64,000 bases of DNA from a virus, in the IMG/VR virus record IMGVR_UViG_3300032236_001159, positions 1 to 64,000 of that record; one strand, 5' to 3'. The notes beneath the pieces were generated by a model. It saw nothing but the letters and a program-made list of their open reading frames with translations. It had not been told where the DNA came from and ran no database searches. Shown one piece after another: positions 33,854 through 44,557 of this stretch (within the stretch, counting starts at the first letter, position 1; every line of letters begins with the position of its first letter). The position numbers and the translations under genes were made by a program.

Positions 33854-33881
33854 AAAAAAAGGACCCCATATTGGGGTCCCT
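33854..33881 (-). terminator. Rho-independent terminator after gp23
   Basis: GGACCCC-loop-GGGGTCC stem plus U7. Confidence 0.85.
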
Positions 33882-33903
33882 TGTAAAAGAAACGTGAGAA
33901 GAC

Positions 33904-35301
33904 TCACATTAAATTGTCAACACGTACACGACGGTAGTAACGGTTAGCATTAGCAAGAAGACGACCAGATCCTTGGTTGGTGCCTTCAGCAAATGGGTTA
34001 GCAACGATTCCGTAACGAGTCTTGAATCCAATTTTTGGTTGGAAGCTGTTCTCACCAACGGCACGAACCATTTGGAGAGGAACATAAGGACAATAGAATA
34101 GACCAGCGTCATAAGGGGAAGAACCCTTATAACCTACAACGTAATACTGGTTAGCAGATACGTTTGCAGAATATGGATCAATATATACACGATACTTACC
34201 CTGAAGAATACCAGCGAAGGTATTGCCAGTATCATCAACGTTAAGGTTAGCGTTAAGAGCAGGGGTGTAATCAAGAACACCTGCCATGGTGAGTGCAGAA
34301 GCAACGTCAGCAGAGCAGAGAATCATATTACCCTTTCCTCTACGAGTTCTTTGTGCGATTGCGTTAGCATCACGCTCGATTTGGAAAAGAAGACCTTTGA
34401 ACTTCTCAACAGACCAACGACCGTTAGAATCAACATCAAGGTCAAAGATACCAGCGGTTGCAGTATTAACAGCAGCGCCTTGCTCAGCAATCTTGTAGAT
34501 TGTACGAATAACTTCTCTGTTGATTTCTGCAAGGATTTCAGTTGAGAGAATGTTAGCAAGTTCTGCTTCTGCGTTTAGACCGTGGATAGCCTTGAGGTCT
34601 TGTGCGAGTTCTAGTGAATACTCAGCTTTCAGAGCGCGTGACTTTGCAGTAACAGTGACTTTCTCGATTGAGAATGCCATCTGGTTAAACGCAGCAGCAC
34701 CACTACCATCAAGGTTTTCTGCGTCTCCAGTATTCATACCTTGACCAGTAGCATAGGTGTTGGTTGCCGCAACTCCTACTGGGTTAAGAAGACCTGGATT
34801 TGTACCTGCTGGGTTTGAAGTAGTACCAAAACCAGCAACACCATCAGTAAAGGAACCTGTAAGATTCTGACCTGCATTTTCACCAGAGAATGAAGTATCT
34901 ACTTCGTTGAAGAAGGCTTCAGTTCCAGTTTGGTTGGTGTAACGTGAACGCATCGCAAAGATAAGTCCAGTAGGACCATTCATTGGCTGTACGCCAGCAA
35001 GGTCATAAGCGACCAAGTTGGGCATAGAACGACGAATCAAGCTGATTAGAACAGGGTCGAAACCTGCAACAGGACCAGTAGCAACAGCTCCAGTACCAGT
35101 ATTTGAGAAACCACCAGTACCAGCTGAGTTGGTTGGGGATTCATAAAGGAACTCACGCTCCTCTCTTTGGAATTTTTCTTGGTTTTCGAGCAGGACTGCG
35201 GTTACCATTCTACGATGTGAGTCCTTGATTTTATCAAGACCCTCATAATTAAGGAGTGGTGCCCACTTCTCCTGCAATTGTTCTGCATTGAACATTTGCA
35301 T
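33904..35301 (-). CDS. gp23: Major capsid protein (gp23)
   Basis: FDPVLISLIRR, GVQPMNGPTGLIFAMR, KSRALKAEYS, FQPKIGFKTRYG. Confidence 0.98.
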   Translation of the reverse strand: MQMFNAEQLQEKWAPLLNYEGLDKIKDSHRRMVTAVLLENQEKFQREEREFLYESPTNSAGTGGFSNTGTGAVATGPVAGFDPVLISLIRRSMPNLVAYDLAGVQPMNGPTGLIFAMRSRYTNQTGTEAFFNEVDTSFSGENAGQNLTGSFTDGVAGFGTTSNPAGTNPGLLNPVGVAATNTYATGQGMNTGDAENLDGSGAAAFNQMAFSIEKVTVTAKSRALKAEYSLELAQDLKAIHGLNAEAELANILSTEILAEINREVIRTIYKIAEQGAAVNTATAGIFDLDVDSNGRWSVEKFKGLLFQIERDANAIAQRTRRGKGNMILCSADVASALTMAGVLDYTPALNANLNVDDTGNTFAGILQGKYRVYIDPYSANVSANQYYVVGYKGSSPYDAGLFYCPYVPLQMVRAVGENSFQPKIGFKTRYGIVANPFAEGTNQGSGRLLANANRYYRRVRVDNLM

Positions 35302-35349
35302 TTGTTTTACCTCTTTTGGAAATTGTTAGTTTGATTTATAATCTAAAAA

Positions 35350-36573
35350 TCACTTTTTAGAAACTCTGGAAAGTGTCTGAAGATAAGATTCCATCGCACC
35401 AGAAACTGGTTGACTGTAATTTGCTTCTTCAGAAATTACTTCCGAATACCCTTTTTGAGTGCCAGCATTTCTTGGGAAATATGCTTCCCTCAATGTTACT
35501 AGCTTCTCACGATAGTCTGCCTCACTTTCAAACTCAACACTTTCAGATAGGGAAGCGAGTTTATCTTTCTGAGAGGTCGCAAGACCTTCGGAAACGTCAC
35601 TTAAAATTACATCGGCAACCGATTCTGCTAGTCTTTGGTTTAGAGCAATATTTCTTTCGATTTGCTCATTGAGTTTGGTCTCCATTTCATCAAGTTTATC
35701 TACCATACTCTCGATTACATCATATTTATCTTCAGGGATTGATACATAATGATCTTCAAAAAGACCCTTCATTCCTTGAAGGAATGATTCGGTCATTTCA
35801 GTCTTAAGTCCTTGCTCTACGACAAGAGCATTTTCCTGTAACCACTCATCGGCTACATACTCAAGATAAGAATCAACTCTTTCGGTCAATTCTGATTTAA
35901 TTTCTTCAACTTGCTCGACAAGTTGAGTTTCATAACGAGCTTCTAGAGATTCATAAATTTCAGAAATCTTTGAATTAATTGCTGCTTCAAAGATTAACTT
36001 TGCTTTATCTCTAAATTCTTCAGATAGTTCTTCACCGGCAAGAAGAGCATCGACATCCTCTTCAATACTAATGGATTCTTCCATTTTCTTCTTGCCATCT
36101 TCTTCCTCTTCGTCGTCATCTTCTTCATCATCATCGTCATCATCTTCTTTTGAAGATTTTGATTTTTTGGAAGATTTTTTCTTATTCATTTTTCCGTCTT
36201 CTTCTTCATCATCTTCTTCTTCATCATCTTCTTCTTTGGCAGCTTCTAAGAGTTCTTCATCTTCATCATCATATTCAGAATCTTCTTTTACAGCACCAGT
36301 TTTCATTGCATCTGCTGCTTTTGCTCCCTTATTTACGACATCCTTAACTTGCTTAAGGGTTGCGCCAGGAGTCTTAAGTTTAGCAGAATCGTCGTCTGGT
36401 CTATAATTTGAAGGATCTGGTCCTCCAAGATCTTCCCAACTACCAGTTTGACCATCAGGAATTCCTGTGCTCAACTTTTGCATTGGTTCTGCCGCCTTTG
36501 CATTAGCATTTACAGCAGTACGAGATTGTGTAGTGCCTATTTCCATTTCTTGTAAGTTTTTACCACGGGACAT
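35350..36573 (-). CDS. gp22: Prohead core scaffold protein (gp22)
   Basis: Acidic coiled coil, ELSEEFRDKAKLIFEAA, YLEYVADEW; lies between gp21 and gp23. Confidence 0.92.
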   Translation of the reverse strand: MSRGKNLQEMEIGTTQSRTAVNANAKAAEPMQKLSTGIPDGQTGSWEDLGGPDPSNYRPDDDSAKLKTPGATLKQVKDVVNKGAKAADAMKTGAVKEDSEYDDEDEELLEAAKEEDDEEEDDEEEDGKMNKKKSSKKSKSSKEDDDDDDEEDDDEEEEDGKKKMEESISIEEDVDALLAGEELSEEFRDKAKLIFEAAINSKISEIYESLEARYETQLVEQVEEIKSELTERVDSYLEYVADEWLQENALVVEQGLKTEMTESFLQGMKGLFEDHYVSIPEDKYDVIESMVDKLDEMETKLNEQIERNIALNQRLAESVADVILSDVSEGLATSQKDKLASLSESVEFESEADYREKLVTLREAYFPRNAGTQKGYSEVISEEANYSQPVSGAMESYLQTLSRVSKK

Positions 36574-36609
36574 TTGAACTCTCCGATTTACCTTTGTTAA
36601 ATCTATATT

Positions 36610-36617
36610 TATTTATA
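36610..36617 (-). promoter_or_regulatory. Late promoter TATAAATA upstream of gp22
   Basis: Exact consensus. Confidence 0.75.
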
Positions 36618-36619
36618 AT

Positions 36620-37270
36620 TTAAAGATTTGAAAGAAAATTATTAAATAATTTTACTTTGTGCTCATTAAGTATTTTTTTATCAACTAATGTATTTATTGT
36701 TTTATATGTTTTTTCTACAAATTGTTCTCTTAAAATTCCACCATCCCACACCCATTCTTTGCCTTCCATAATTCCCTGAACAAAAGCATCAGGAGCAGAT
36801 GGATCTGCAACAATATCAGCAGCGGTTGCTAACATGAAATCTTCACCAACAACTTTATGTCCTTCATTCGTTTGAATTAATGAACCAACACCACGAGAAG
36901 AAACACCAAGAGTTACACCTTCACCAATAAGTGATTGTGCAATTTTGCCCATAGGAGTAGAAAGTAATTGAGATCTTCCCTTAAAATTGTTTCCTTCACG
37001 AACGAGTGAAGTAATTTTATGAGAAACACGATCCAAATTAATTGTTGGTCCATCTGGATGACCAAGTTCACCAAGAGCACGACCTTTTTGGATAAAAGAT
37101 TCATTATATCTTTTTACTTCACGATCAAGAATATCAACTGGATATTCTCTCCCATTACGATTTTTCATATTTCCTTGAAGGTATATACCTTCAATAAACA
37201 TTTTTTTGGAAGATCCTGTTCCCTCAACAATAAATTCTACTTTTTGGACTTCTTCTGTGATTAGTTTCAT
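36620..37270 (-). CDS. gp21: Prohead protease (gp21)
   Basis: NRNGREYP, ALGELGHP, GVSSRGVGS, DIVADPSAPDA. Confidence 0.96.
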   Translation of the reverse strand: MKLITEEVQKVEFIVEGTGSSKKMFIEGIYLQGNMKNRNGREYPVDILDREVKRYNESFIQKGRALGELGHPDGPTINLDRVSHKITSLVREGNNFKGRSQLLSTPMGKIAQSLIGEGVTLGVSSRGVGSLIQTNEGHKVVGEDFMLATAADIVADPSAPDAFVQGIMEGKEWVWDGGILREQFVEKTYKTINTLVDKKILNEHKVKLFNNFLSNL

Positions 37271-37271
37271 T

Positions 37272-37793
37272 TTAGGTTACTGATGCGGTTTGAATTTCTG
37301 CAATACTTACAGTTGTTGCTGCTGGGGCAAATACAGAAACTTTCACACTTCTAGAAACGGAAGCATTTGTTAATGCAACCCCAACAACTGAAGTACTATT
37401 ATAATTCAAAGTAATATTTGATGTATTTGATGCAATCACTTGGCTATGGACTGTATTAATCCCTGCGGGATATGCATTTTGAATTGTTACATAATCACCA
37501 ACAATAAATGGATTACCATTATTTTCCCCAAAATCAAGAATTGTTGTTGTTCCTGTAGTAATTCCAGAAATTCTTTGTTTAGCAACTCTTTGCTTTAAAA
37601 CTTCTGAACTATTTGGAACAATCATAAAATCATTTGCGGTTGCCACTGGATTTTCAGAAATCTGAATGTAGGCAGCAGTTGATCCACAAGAAATACGAAT
37701 ATATCCAGATTGAAGAGCAATAGGATTAGATGTCGCAGTAGTTCCAGCGGCAGCATTTACTGCACTAACTGTTTGTACAATTCTAAAACTCAT
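37272..37793 (-). CDS. Hypothetical virion protein
   Basis: Beta-rich ORF within the head operon. Confidence 0.7.
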   Translation of the reverse strand: MSFRIVQTVSAVNAAAGTTATSNPIALQSGYIRISCGSTAAYIQISENPVATANDFMIVPNSSEVLKQRVAKQRISGITTGTTTILDFGENNGNPFIVGDYVTIQNAYPAGINTVHSQVIASNTSNITLNYNSTSVVGVALTNASVSRSVKVSVFAPAATTVSIAEIQTASVT

Positions 37794-38005
37794 TAGTCTT
37801 CCTCATCTTCGTATTCATCTTCATCCTCATCAGACTCGTCATCTTCATATGTTTCTGAATCTTCTTCACCAAAAAGACTAGCAGCAGCATACGGTCTTAC
37901 TGCATCTATTCTTTCTGCACTTTTGGCAAAAAGAATATCTTTAATCCGATCAGAAACTTGTGATTGTGAATCACCAGAAGCAATCATATCTATTAAATCG
38001 TCCAT
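37793..38005 (-). CDS. Small acidic prohead core protein (gp67-like position)
   Basis: Acidic tail; immediately downstream of the portal gene. Confidence 0.65.
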   Translation of the reverse strand: MDDLIDMIASGDSQSQVSDRIKDILFAKSAERIDAVRPYAAASLFGEEDSETYEDDESDEDEDEYEDEED

Positions 38006-38034
38006 ACTGTTATAATATATTAATAACTAAAAAC

Positions 38035-38042
38035 TATTTATA
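38035..38042 (-). promoter_or_regulatory. Late promoter TATAAATA at the gp20 stop
   Basis: Exact consensus overlapping the stop codon. Confidence 0.65.
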
Positions 38043-39720
38043 TTTCTCCGCCTTTGGGCATCTTGATTTCCGTGGATTTTCCTTGCTTTTCTAAGTCTGG
38101 TTCCATCATTGGCTGCCCCAAATCCATTCCACCGGTATTATCTTGGAAAGGCATACCAGTGGATGGATCAATAGTTGCTGGATCTGGTATAATACCATCT
38201 TTAATTTCTTTTTTGATCTGCTCATCAATTTCTTTCATAATAGTGTCTGACTGTCTGAGAACTTTTTGTCTTACATATTGTGCTGAAAAATAAGTTCCGA
38301 CATATGGTTGCATCGCAGCAACCACACCCAATTGATCATTTAGAAGCTCATTATTTTTTAAATCCGAAAAATGATTATCATAAACAAAATCATATTGAAT
38401 ATGTTCAGATAGTGATTCCCAATCTTCTGGGGTAATAATATTTTTTAAAATCAGTTGTGTTTTTAAGAAATCATTAAACATCTGAGAAAATCTCTTTCTC
38501 AGTCTTCCTACAAACTTTGTAAATTTGAGTTCGTCTCTTAAAATTTCAGAAGATCTTCCAAGATTGAATCCACCACCACCAACGTCAATTCTACTTGATG
38601 GGACATTTAGAGATTTATAAAGTTTCTTTTGAAAGTATTCAATATCAGCAAGTTCTCCAAGATTTTGCCCACCTGGAAGTGTAGTGATTTCTGTTCCACG
38701 ACCACCTTCTCTACGTGGTAACCAAAAATCTTCAAGCATCGCCATATACTTACGGTCATCACGAATTTCTCCGGTATCGGCATTATAGACAAGTTTATTT
38801 CTATAACGATTCATCACATCACGAAGATATTGCTCAGCTTTGATTTTTGGTAGATTGCCCACATCAATGTAGAAAATTCTACGTTCTGGGGCACGAGATA
38901 ATCTATAAATTACAAGACTATCCTCAATCATTCTTAATTGATTAAGTGCTTTAATTGCTTTATGAAGATAAGAAAGAACCGTTTGTTTATTGCGGTCTAC
39001 AAGTCCAGATGTGATAAATGTAATCGCATCCTTTGCAATTTTTACACTTTTTGATTCATTTCTAAATGAAATTGATCCGCCGCTACCCATAGCGGCATTT
39101 GGATCATATAGATAATACTCTTCTATTTTTGGTGCTTGATAGATATCAATGGGATCTTTACTTGCACTTAGAGGAGTGGGAAAGTTTGCATTTGGTCCAG
39201 ATTGCTCTGCTCTACGAATGAATCTAATTTTAAGTGGATCGATATATCTTATTTCTTTGATTCCTTCTTCTGGTTTTTTTAGATCGATAACTTTATGATA
39301 AAAAATTCTCCCATCAATATACCAATTTCTAAAAATTTCGTGTGATTTCCTATCAAAATCTAAAATATCTTTAATTGTTTTAAATTCATCTCTAATGATT
39401 TGTTTTAGTTTATCTGAAGCTGGAAGATTTGAAAGTTCAATCTCTACTGGAGAATCATTCAAATCTGATACAATTGCTTCATTTACCACATCTTCAATGG
39501 CACTATCACATTCTGGATGAAGTGCCATCTCACGATATCTTCTTACTAAATCTTGCTCACTTTTATAAACACCTTCAATGTCTACATATTGACCATAAAA
39601 TCCACTTTGAAGATAAAAATCTGACTTATCTTCTTCATTGGGTGGTACTGGAGAGATAATACTTTTTGATTTATCTACTCCAGTATCTTGTATTTTAAAT
39701 CCAAATAGTTTAGCCATCAA
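38038..39720 (-). CDS. gp20: Portal vertex protein (gp20)
   Basis: YRLSRAPERRIFYIDVGNLPK, EDFWLPRREGGRGTEI. Confidence 0.98.
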   Translation of the reverse strand: MMAKLFGFKIQDTGVDKSKSIISPVPPNEEDKSDFYLQSGFYGQYVDIEGVYKSEQDLVRRYREMALHPECDSAIEDVVNEAIVSDLNDSPVEIELSNLPASDKLKQIIRDEFKTIKDILDFDRKSHEIFRNWYIDGRIFYHKVIDLKKPEEGIKEIRYIDPLKIRFIRRAEQSGPNANFPTPLSASKDPIDIYQAPKIEEYYLYDPNAAMGSGGSISFRNESKSVKIAKDAITFITSGLVDRNKQTVLSYLHKAIKALNQLRMIEDSLVIYRLSRAPERRIFYIDVGNLPKIKAEQYLRDVMNRYRNKLVYNADTGEIRDDRKYMAMLEDFWLPRREGGRGTEITTLPGGQNLGELADIEYFQKKLYKSLNVPSSRIDVGGGGFNLGRSSEILRDELKFTKFVGRLRKRFSQMFNDFLKTQLILKNIITPEDWESLSEHIQYDFVYDNHFSDLKNNELLNDQLGVVAAMQPYVGTYFSAQYVRQKVLRQSDTIMKEIDEQIKKEIKDGIIPDPATIDPSTGMPFQDNTGGMDLGQPMMEPDLEKQGKSTEIKMPKGGEI

Positions 39721-39742
39721 TAATTAAATCAGTTTTTATTAT

Positions 39743-40378
39743 TTATGCTCCAGTTCCAAGCTGAGTTGCGCCAACAGGATCAAGAGCATCCCACCATTGA
39801 ACTTGGAGATCAACAGTAAATTCTTCAATTGTATCTGAAGAATCATATGAAAGTGCAATATCACTTACTGAAGTTGGGAAAACTCCATAAAATTTATATT
39901 GCTTCAATACTGGAATTTGAGTTGCACTTGTTGGAGTTGATCCATTAGTTAAAGCTCTTCCAAATTGCTTTACAAAAACCTCTTTCTGATAATCCACTGG
40001 ATTATTTTTTCCAGCATTATCTTCGTGTTTGTTGATAAGGTTCATCCATCTTTCGAAGGCAGTTCTGATTGTAAAATCAGAATCATTAATTACAGTAATA
40101 GTCCAAGGATCAAATGTTCTATCTCCAGCAATTTTGAGATTTCTTCCTCTAAATGGAACATCAATAACTCCAAGAGTGGAAGCAGGAAGACTTGCGGCTT
40201 TGACAAGAAATCTAGTCTTATCTGAAAGTGCGTCTTCGGTGGTTCCTACTGGAATTGAATCGGAAGGAAAAAACAATTCACATTCAAATAAATTAGGTCT
40301 CGCTCCACCCCCAATCATTCTTCCCTTGAATTGATCAAGGGTTCTATCTTTTGTATTTGGAATGTTTAAATTAGCCAT
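39743..40378 (-). CDS. gp19: Tail tube protein (gp19)
   Basis: GGARPNLF, FRGRNLKIAGDRTFDPWTITVIND. Confidence 0.95.
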   Translation of the reverse strand: MANLNIPNTKDRTLDQFKGRMIGGGARPNLFECELFFPSDSIPVGTTEDALSDKTRFLVKAASLPASTLGVIDVPFRGRNLKIAGDRTFDPWTITVINDSDFTIRTAFERWMNLINKHEDNAGKNNPVDYQKEVFVKQFGRALTNGSTPTSATQIPVLKQYKFYGVFPTSVSDIALSYDSSDTIEEFTVDLQVQWWDALDPVGATQLGTGA

Positions 40379-40398
40379 TGTGGGTTTCCTCTATTGAA

Positions 40399-42801
40399 TT
40401 AAACGTTTCCAACAACTTCTTCAAAACTTACACCTGTGCGTGTAGCAACAAAGGTAAGTCCGATGAAGTTAATTGATCTTGCAGGCTTAACAAAGATATC
40501 AGCTCTAAACTGATTTCCATCAATTACGTCGGGAGTGTTATTTGTTTCGTCACAAACAACCAAGAAGTCAATAATACCTCTCTTTGATTTTACATCACGA
40601 AGATATGGTTCAACAATATTTACAAAGTTTGATCTTGTGATTATATCATTAAATTCAAACAACTGCGCTCTTGCTGCTCTTTCGATTGTGGATTCAATTG
40701 TAAGGAATAAACGACGAACGTTAATTCTATCAAAAGCGGACGTGTATGAAAGTGCAGTTTTATCGCCATAAAGAATAATACCAGCACCAGGAGAGAAAAT
40801 AATGGGATTAATTCTCTTTGGATACAATAGATCCCTTTGTGCCTTTGAAGGATTGTAAGCAAGCTTTACAGCACCATTAATTGCACCCCTAGAGGCGCCG
40901 GCAGGAGAGAACCAAGAATATTGGTTGATTGATGTTCTAGCCATTAGACCGGCAACATCGGCATTGCAGGGAATGTATCTGAAAGTATTGTTGAATCTAT
41001 CAAACATATACTTATAACCACTATCAAATACAGCATAAGAACTGGATGTGATGGGATCAAAGAAATTAATAATATTAGTAGTTTGAGTATCGGAATTTGT
41101 AATATTTACAATTCCAGATTTGTGGGGAGAAATTACAGCAACGCAATCCTTTCTTGCTTCGGCAATTGCAATTAAAGCATTTGCTTTTGCTTGAGATTCA
41201 TAGATTGTTGCACCACCAGAAGGACCATTAATTAGGAAATTAACTTGGTATTCTGCTGGATTCAATAAAACATTATAAGAAGAAATGATATTAGCAAGAG
41301 TGGCACTCATCCCACCAGAAGAAGAATAATCAACACCACCAGTTAAATTATAAGAAACATTTCCTACTCCAGAAAAAGTCGTACCTTGAGCATTTTGTGC
41401 CCAGTTACCAACATTAGTATTTGTATATCCGGTAGTACTTGTAAAACCAGTAGCAGAACCAGTAGGAGCAGCACCTGCGAAAATATAATTAGAATTTGCA
41501 GAAATAAAATCCTTATAATATACAGATTGAGTTGGTGAAATTTTACCATCAAATGCCTTTGATAGATATGTAAATTTCTCTACAATGTTGCCAGCAATTC
41601 CAGTAACAGAACCACTATCATCTACAACTACTATGTGAATCTCATCATTTTTTCCACTTCTATCATTTACATATTGCGAAGTTGCAGGCTTTTCTGCAAT
41701 TGTCTTCCAATAAACTGTTGAATTTGTAAGACCAAGAGTTTGGAGATTATACCAATCAGATACAACAGTTGGAGTTGATGGGTCGGTTGTAAAATTGATT
41801 CCAGATGCTGATGGAGTTTTTATTACAAATTGGACATTTGTGCCAACACCTACAGCAGTATTGGAAGTTACAATAGTTGTCTGTAAAGAACCATTCACAA
41901 GAGTTGTACTTAGACCTACAATAGTAGATTCATTTAAAATTCCATTACTTACTGTTTGAACTAAATTGCCAATAGAAACGGTAGGGAGCGATACTGAAAT
42001 TGATGGTGGTAAAATGATTGAAGAACCAGTACTTACAGACCCATAAAATCTATTTACTTCAACTGAGGTTGAAACTCCAGAAGATGTTTTGATATAGGCT
42101 ACACCAACACCAGATTGGAAAGAATTAATACTATTTTGCGAATATGAAACTAAACTTGATGTTCCAGTAGCATTATCGTATCTATCAGTTATTTTTACAT
42201 CAACATATTGATTTCCGATATTGGTAATAATCCCCCTCAAATAACCAATAGATGAACCAACAGTACCATCTGTATTGGCATATGAAGTATTCAATCCAAC
42301 GGTCATTCCATATCCAACCGATAATCCAAAAGTTCCAATTGCAACTCTTTGGTCAGAGGCAGCATCAATTACACAAACTTTTAAATTATTTGCCCAACTT
42401 CCTGGATTTCTTGATGCATAAGACCAAGAAGATGCTGTTGAATAATTATTAATATAATCTTCATATGAAGAAATTTTCAAAGTGGTTGATCCATTACCAA
42501 CCGCTGAAGCATTTGAATTATTTAATGTATTTCCATCTGTTCTGAGAACTCTGAGAATACCACCATATGATAAGTATGAAGAAGCACTCAACCAATACTC
42601 ATATTGAGAATCAGTAGAAAGTGGTCTTCCGAATGTATTAAGAAGATCCTGCTCGTTCTGAATTAAAATAGGTACATTGACTGGTCCTTTTGAAAATGGA
42701 CCTGCTATTGCGCCAACCTGCTCACTTGATGCAGTAATTCCCCCAATAGTTAAGTCAACTTCTCTTATATTGACCCCTGGAGATACTAAGTTTAGCGACA
42801 T
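40399..42801 (-). CDS. gp18: Tail sheath protein (gp18)
   Basis: LVSPGVNIREVDLT, WFSPAGASRG, FDRINVRRLF, KPARSINFI. Confidence 0.97.
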   Translation of the reverse strand: MSLNLVSPGVNIREVDLTIGGITASSEQVGAIAGPFSKGPVNVPILIQNEQDLLNTFGRPLSTDSQYEYWLSASSYLSYGGILRVLRTDGNTLNNSNASAVGNGSTTLKISSYEDYINNYSTASSWSYASRNPGSWANNLKVCVIDAASDQRVAIGTFGLSVGYGMTVGLNTSYANTDGTVGSSIGYLRGIITNIGNQYVDVKITDRYDNATGTSSLVSYSQNSINSFQSGVGVAYIKTSSGVSTSVEVNRFYGSVSTGSSIILPPSISVSLPTVSIGNLVQTVSNGILNESTIVGLSTTLVNGSLQTTIVTSNTAVGVGTNVQFVIKTPSASGINFTTDPSTPTVVSDWYNLQTLGLTNSTVYWKTIAEKPATSQYVNDRSGKNDEIHIVVVDDSGSVTGIAGNIVEKFTYLSKAFDGKISPTQSVYYKDFISANSNYIFAGAAPTGSATGFTSTTGYTNTNVGNWAQNAQGTTFSGVGNVSYNLTGGVDYSSSGGMSATLANIISSYNVLLNPAEYQVNFLINGPSGGATIYESQAKANALIAIAEARKDCVAVISPHKSGIVNITNSDTQTTNIINFFDPITSSSYAVFDSGYKYMFDRFNNTFRYIPCNADVAGLMARTSINQYSWFSPAGASRGAINGAVKLAYNPSKAQRDLLYPKRINPIIFSPGAGIILYGDKTALSYTSAFDRINVRRLFLTIESTIERAARAQLFEFNDIITRSNFVNIVEPYLRDVKSKRGIIDFLVVCDETNNTPDVIDGNQFRADIFVKPARSINFIGLTFVATRTGVSFEEVVGNV

Positions 42802-42838
42802 GTCTTTCCCTCTAAAGAAGTTTCATTTTGTCTAGAAG

Positions 42839-42846
42839 TATTTATA
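42839..42846 (-). promoter_or_regulatory. Late promoter TATAAATA upstream of gp18
   Basis: Exact consensus. Confidence 0.75.
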
Positions 42847-42857
42847 AATTGCTAAAC

Positions 42858-44555
42858 TTACCTATACTCCCACATATATGATCTATCCCCATATTCATCA
42901 AGATGCCATCCATTTTCATCACCTTGAAGTTGATTTCCACCAATAACTTTCCAAGTATCTCCTTCGGTGTCAACAAAGGTGTTTTCATTATTTAGACCGT
43001 CAGTAATAAACCCAAAAGGAGACATATCCTGCTCTATTTGTTCCTTTTGATCCTCATATATTCTTTTGCGGACATCATTTTCTGTCATCTCCTTGAAGTA
43101 GTCTTGAACTACCAACCAAGCAAAGATAACTAAACACATTACCAAGTCATCATTTGATCCTTCTTCTGCTTCAAATGATTGATTTTTTTGAATGAAAGTT
43201 GTTAATTCGCTAATAATATCATAATCATTGAATATTAATTTGTCATCTTCTATAATTGTCTTCAAGTTGGAGCAACCCACTCTCTTTACTGTCTTGGACA
43301 TTTTCACACCCAATTGAGTTTTCTTTCCAGAAAATCCTTGTCCAACTAATTGCCCTGCTCTACCTCTCATCGCACACATTAGAATATTATCGTATTCCAA
43401 ATCAAAATGCAAAATACTTGTTACTTGTTCGCCAATATCATTAACTTCAGCTAAAACAAAAGCTTTATTGTATGCTCTTGCTACATCCAAAATAATATTT
43501 GGAAAAAGCATAGGTTTGATTTCATTGTTTTTGTATTTTGCAACTATTCTATACGGAAATGTAGTTATATCAAAAACTACAAATGCTGAATAATCATTAT
43601 CTACTCCTCTAGAAACATCCACCGTCATTATATAAGTGTGGTCTTCTTTTGGCTCTTCATATACATCCAATCCTCCACTTTTTTCTATTGGATCGTCATA
43701 TACTAAATTTCTTAGTTTTGTTGCATTAATTAAAGTTCCAACAGAACCAAGAAATTCACACTCAAATTCAACTGCAAATTGTTGATCGCTTGTGTTGGCT
43801 ATTGTTTGGCGTTTCCATTCTTCATCCCTACCCGGAACATCACTCCAATGAACTTCTGTTGAGATATATTCATTCTTTTTCCTTTCGGCATCATGCCAAA
43901 TTTTATAAAAATGATTCATCCCGTGAGGTGTAGAAACAATAATCATCTTGGTAGATTTACCAGATGATATTACGGGATAAACCGAACTAAAAAATTCATC
44001 TGCAACATTATTTGGAACAAACGCAAATTCGTCCAAAAATACAATATTATAAGATCCACCACGAACCGCAGATGCGCTAGTAGAGGCGGCAACAATCTTA
44101 GAACCATTCTCAAGCTCTAAGGATCCTTTGTTCCATATCAGGACGCCTTGCTGCATCCATTTGGGGAGATTTTCGTATGCTAGTTGAAGTCTTCCGAGAA
44201 GGTCTCTAGCAGTAGACGCTTTATTAGCAAGAATCGCAATATTGACGTTATCATTAAATATTGCGTAATGAAGTAAATAAGAAACGACAGTGGTAGATTT
44301 TCCAGACTGCCTTGGCATTTTGCAGATATTGAATCTATGATCATGGAAATTCTTAATAAGTTTTTCTTGAAACTTGTACATATTAAAAGGCACAAGACCA
44401 TGATCAAGAGAAACAATTTTTATATAATTTTTTGCAAAATATACTGGATCCTTTTTGCATTTTATATACTGTTCAATATCATTCTTAGTGAATTCTATTG
44501 GTGTATTTGCTTTTTTTAGTAAAGGATTGCCTAGATACTGATCACCACTACTCAT
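42858..44555 (-). CDS. gp17: Terminase large subunit (gp17), uninterrupted
   Basis: PRQSGKST, FLDEFAF, VSTPHG, VDVSRG, DDLVM. Confidence 0.97.
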   Translation of the reverse strand: MSSGDQYLGNPLLKKANTPIEFTKNDIEQYIKCKKDPVYFAKNYIKIVSLDHGLVPFNMYKFQEKLIKNFHDHRFNICKMPRQSGKSTTVVSYLLHYAIFNDNVNIAILANKASTARDLLGRLQLAYENLPKWMQQGVLIWNKGSLELENGSKIVAASTSASAVRGGSYNIVFLDEFAFVPNNVADEFFSSVYPVISSGKSTKMIIVSTPHGMNHFYKIWHDAERKKNEYISTEVHWSDVPGRDEEWKRQTIANTSDQQFAVEFECEFLGSVGTLINATKLRNLVYDDPIEKSGGLDVYEEPKEDHTYIMTVDVSRGVDNDYSAFVVFDITTFPYRIVAKYKNNEIKPMLFPNIILDVARAYNKAFVLAEVNDIGEQVTSILHFDLEYDNILMCAMRGRAGQLVGQGFSGKKTQLGVKMSKTVKRVGCSNLKTIIEDDKLIFNDYDIISELTTFIQKNQSFEAEEGSNDDLVMCLVIFAWLVVQDYFKEMTENDVRKRIYEDQKEQIEQDMSPFGFITDGLNNENTFVDTEGDTWKVIGGNQLQGDENGWHLDEYGDRSYMWEYR

Positions 44556-44557
44556 AT

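Noticed and set aside
36071-36406. Plus-strand poly-Ser ORF
   Set aside because: Antisense shadow of the Asp/Glu-rich tract in gp22
774-44555. Additional inteins or introns in nrdA, gp41, uvsX, gp43, uvsW, gp20 and gp17
   Set aside because: Lengths are normal, conserved motifs are contiguous, and no C...HN-[CST] insertions were seen
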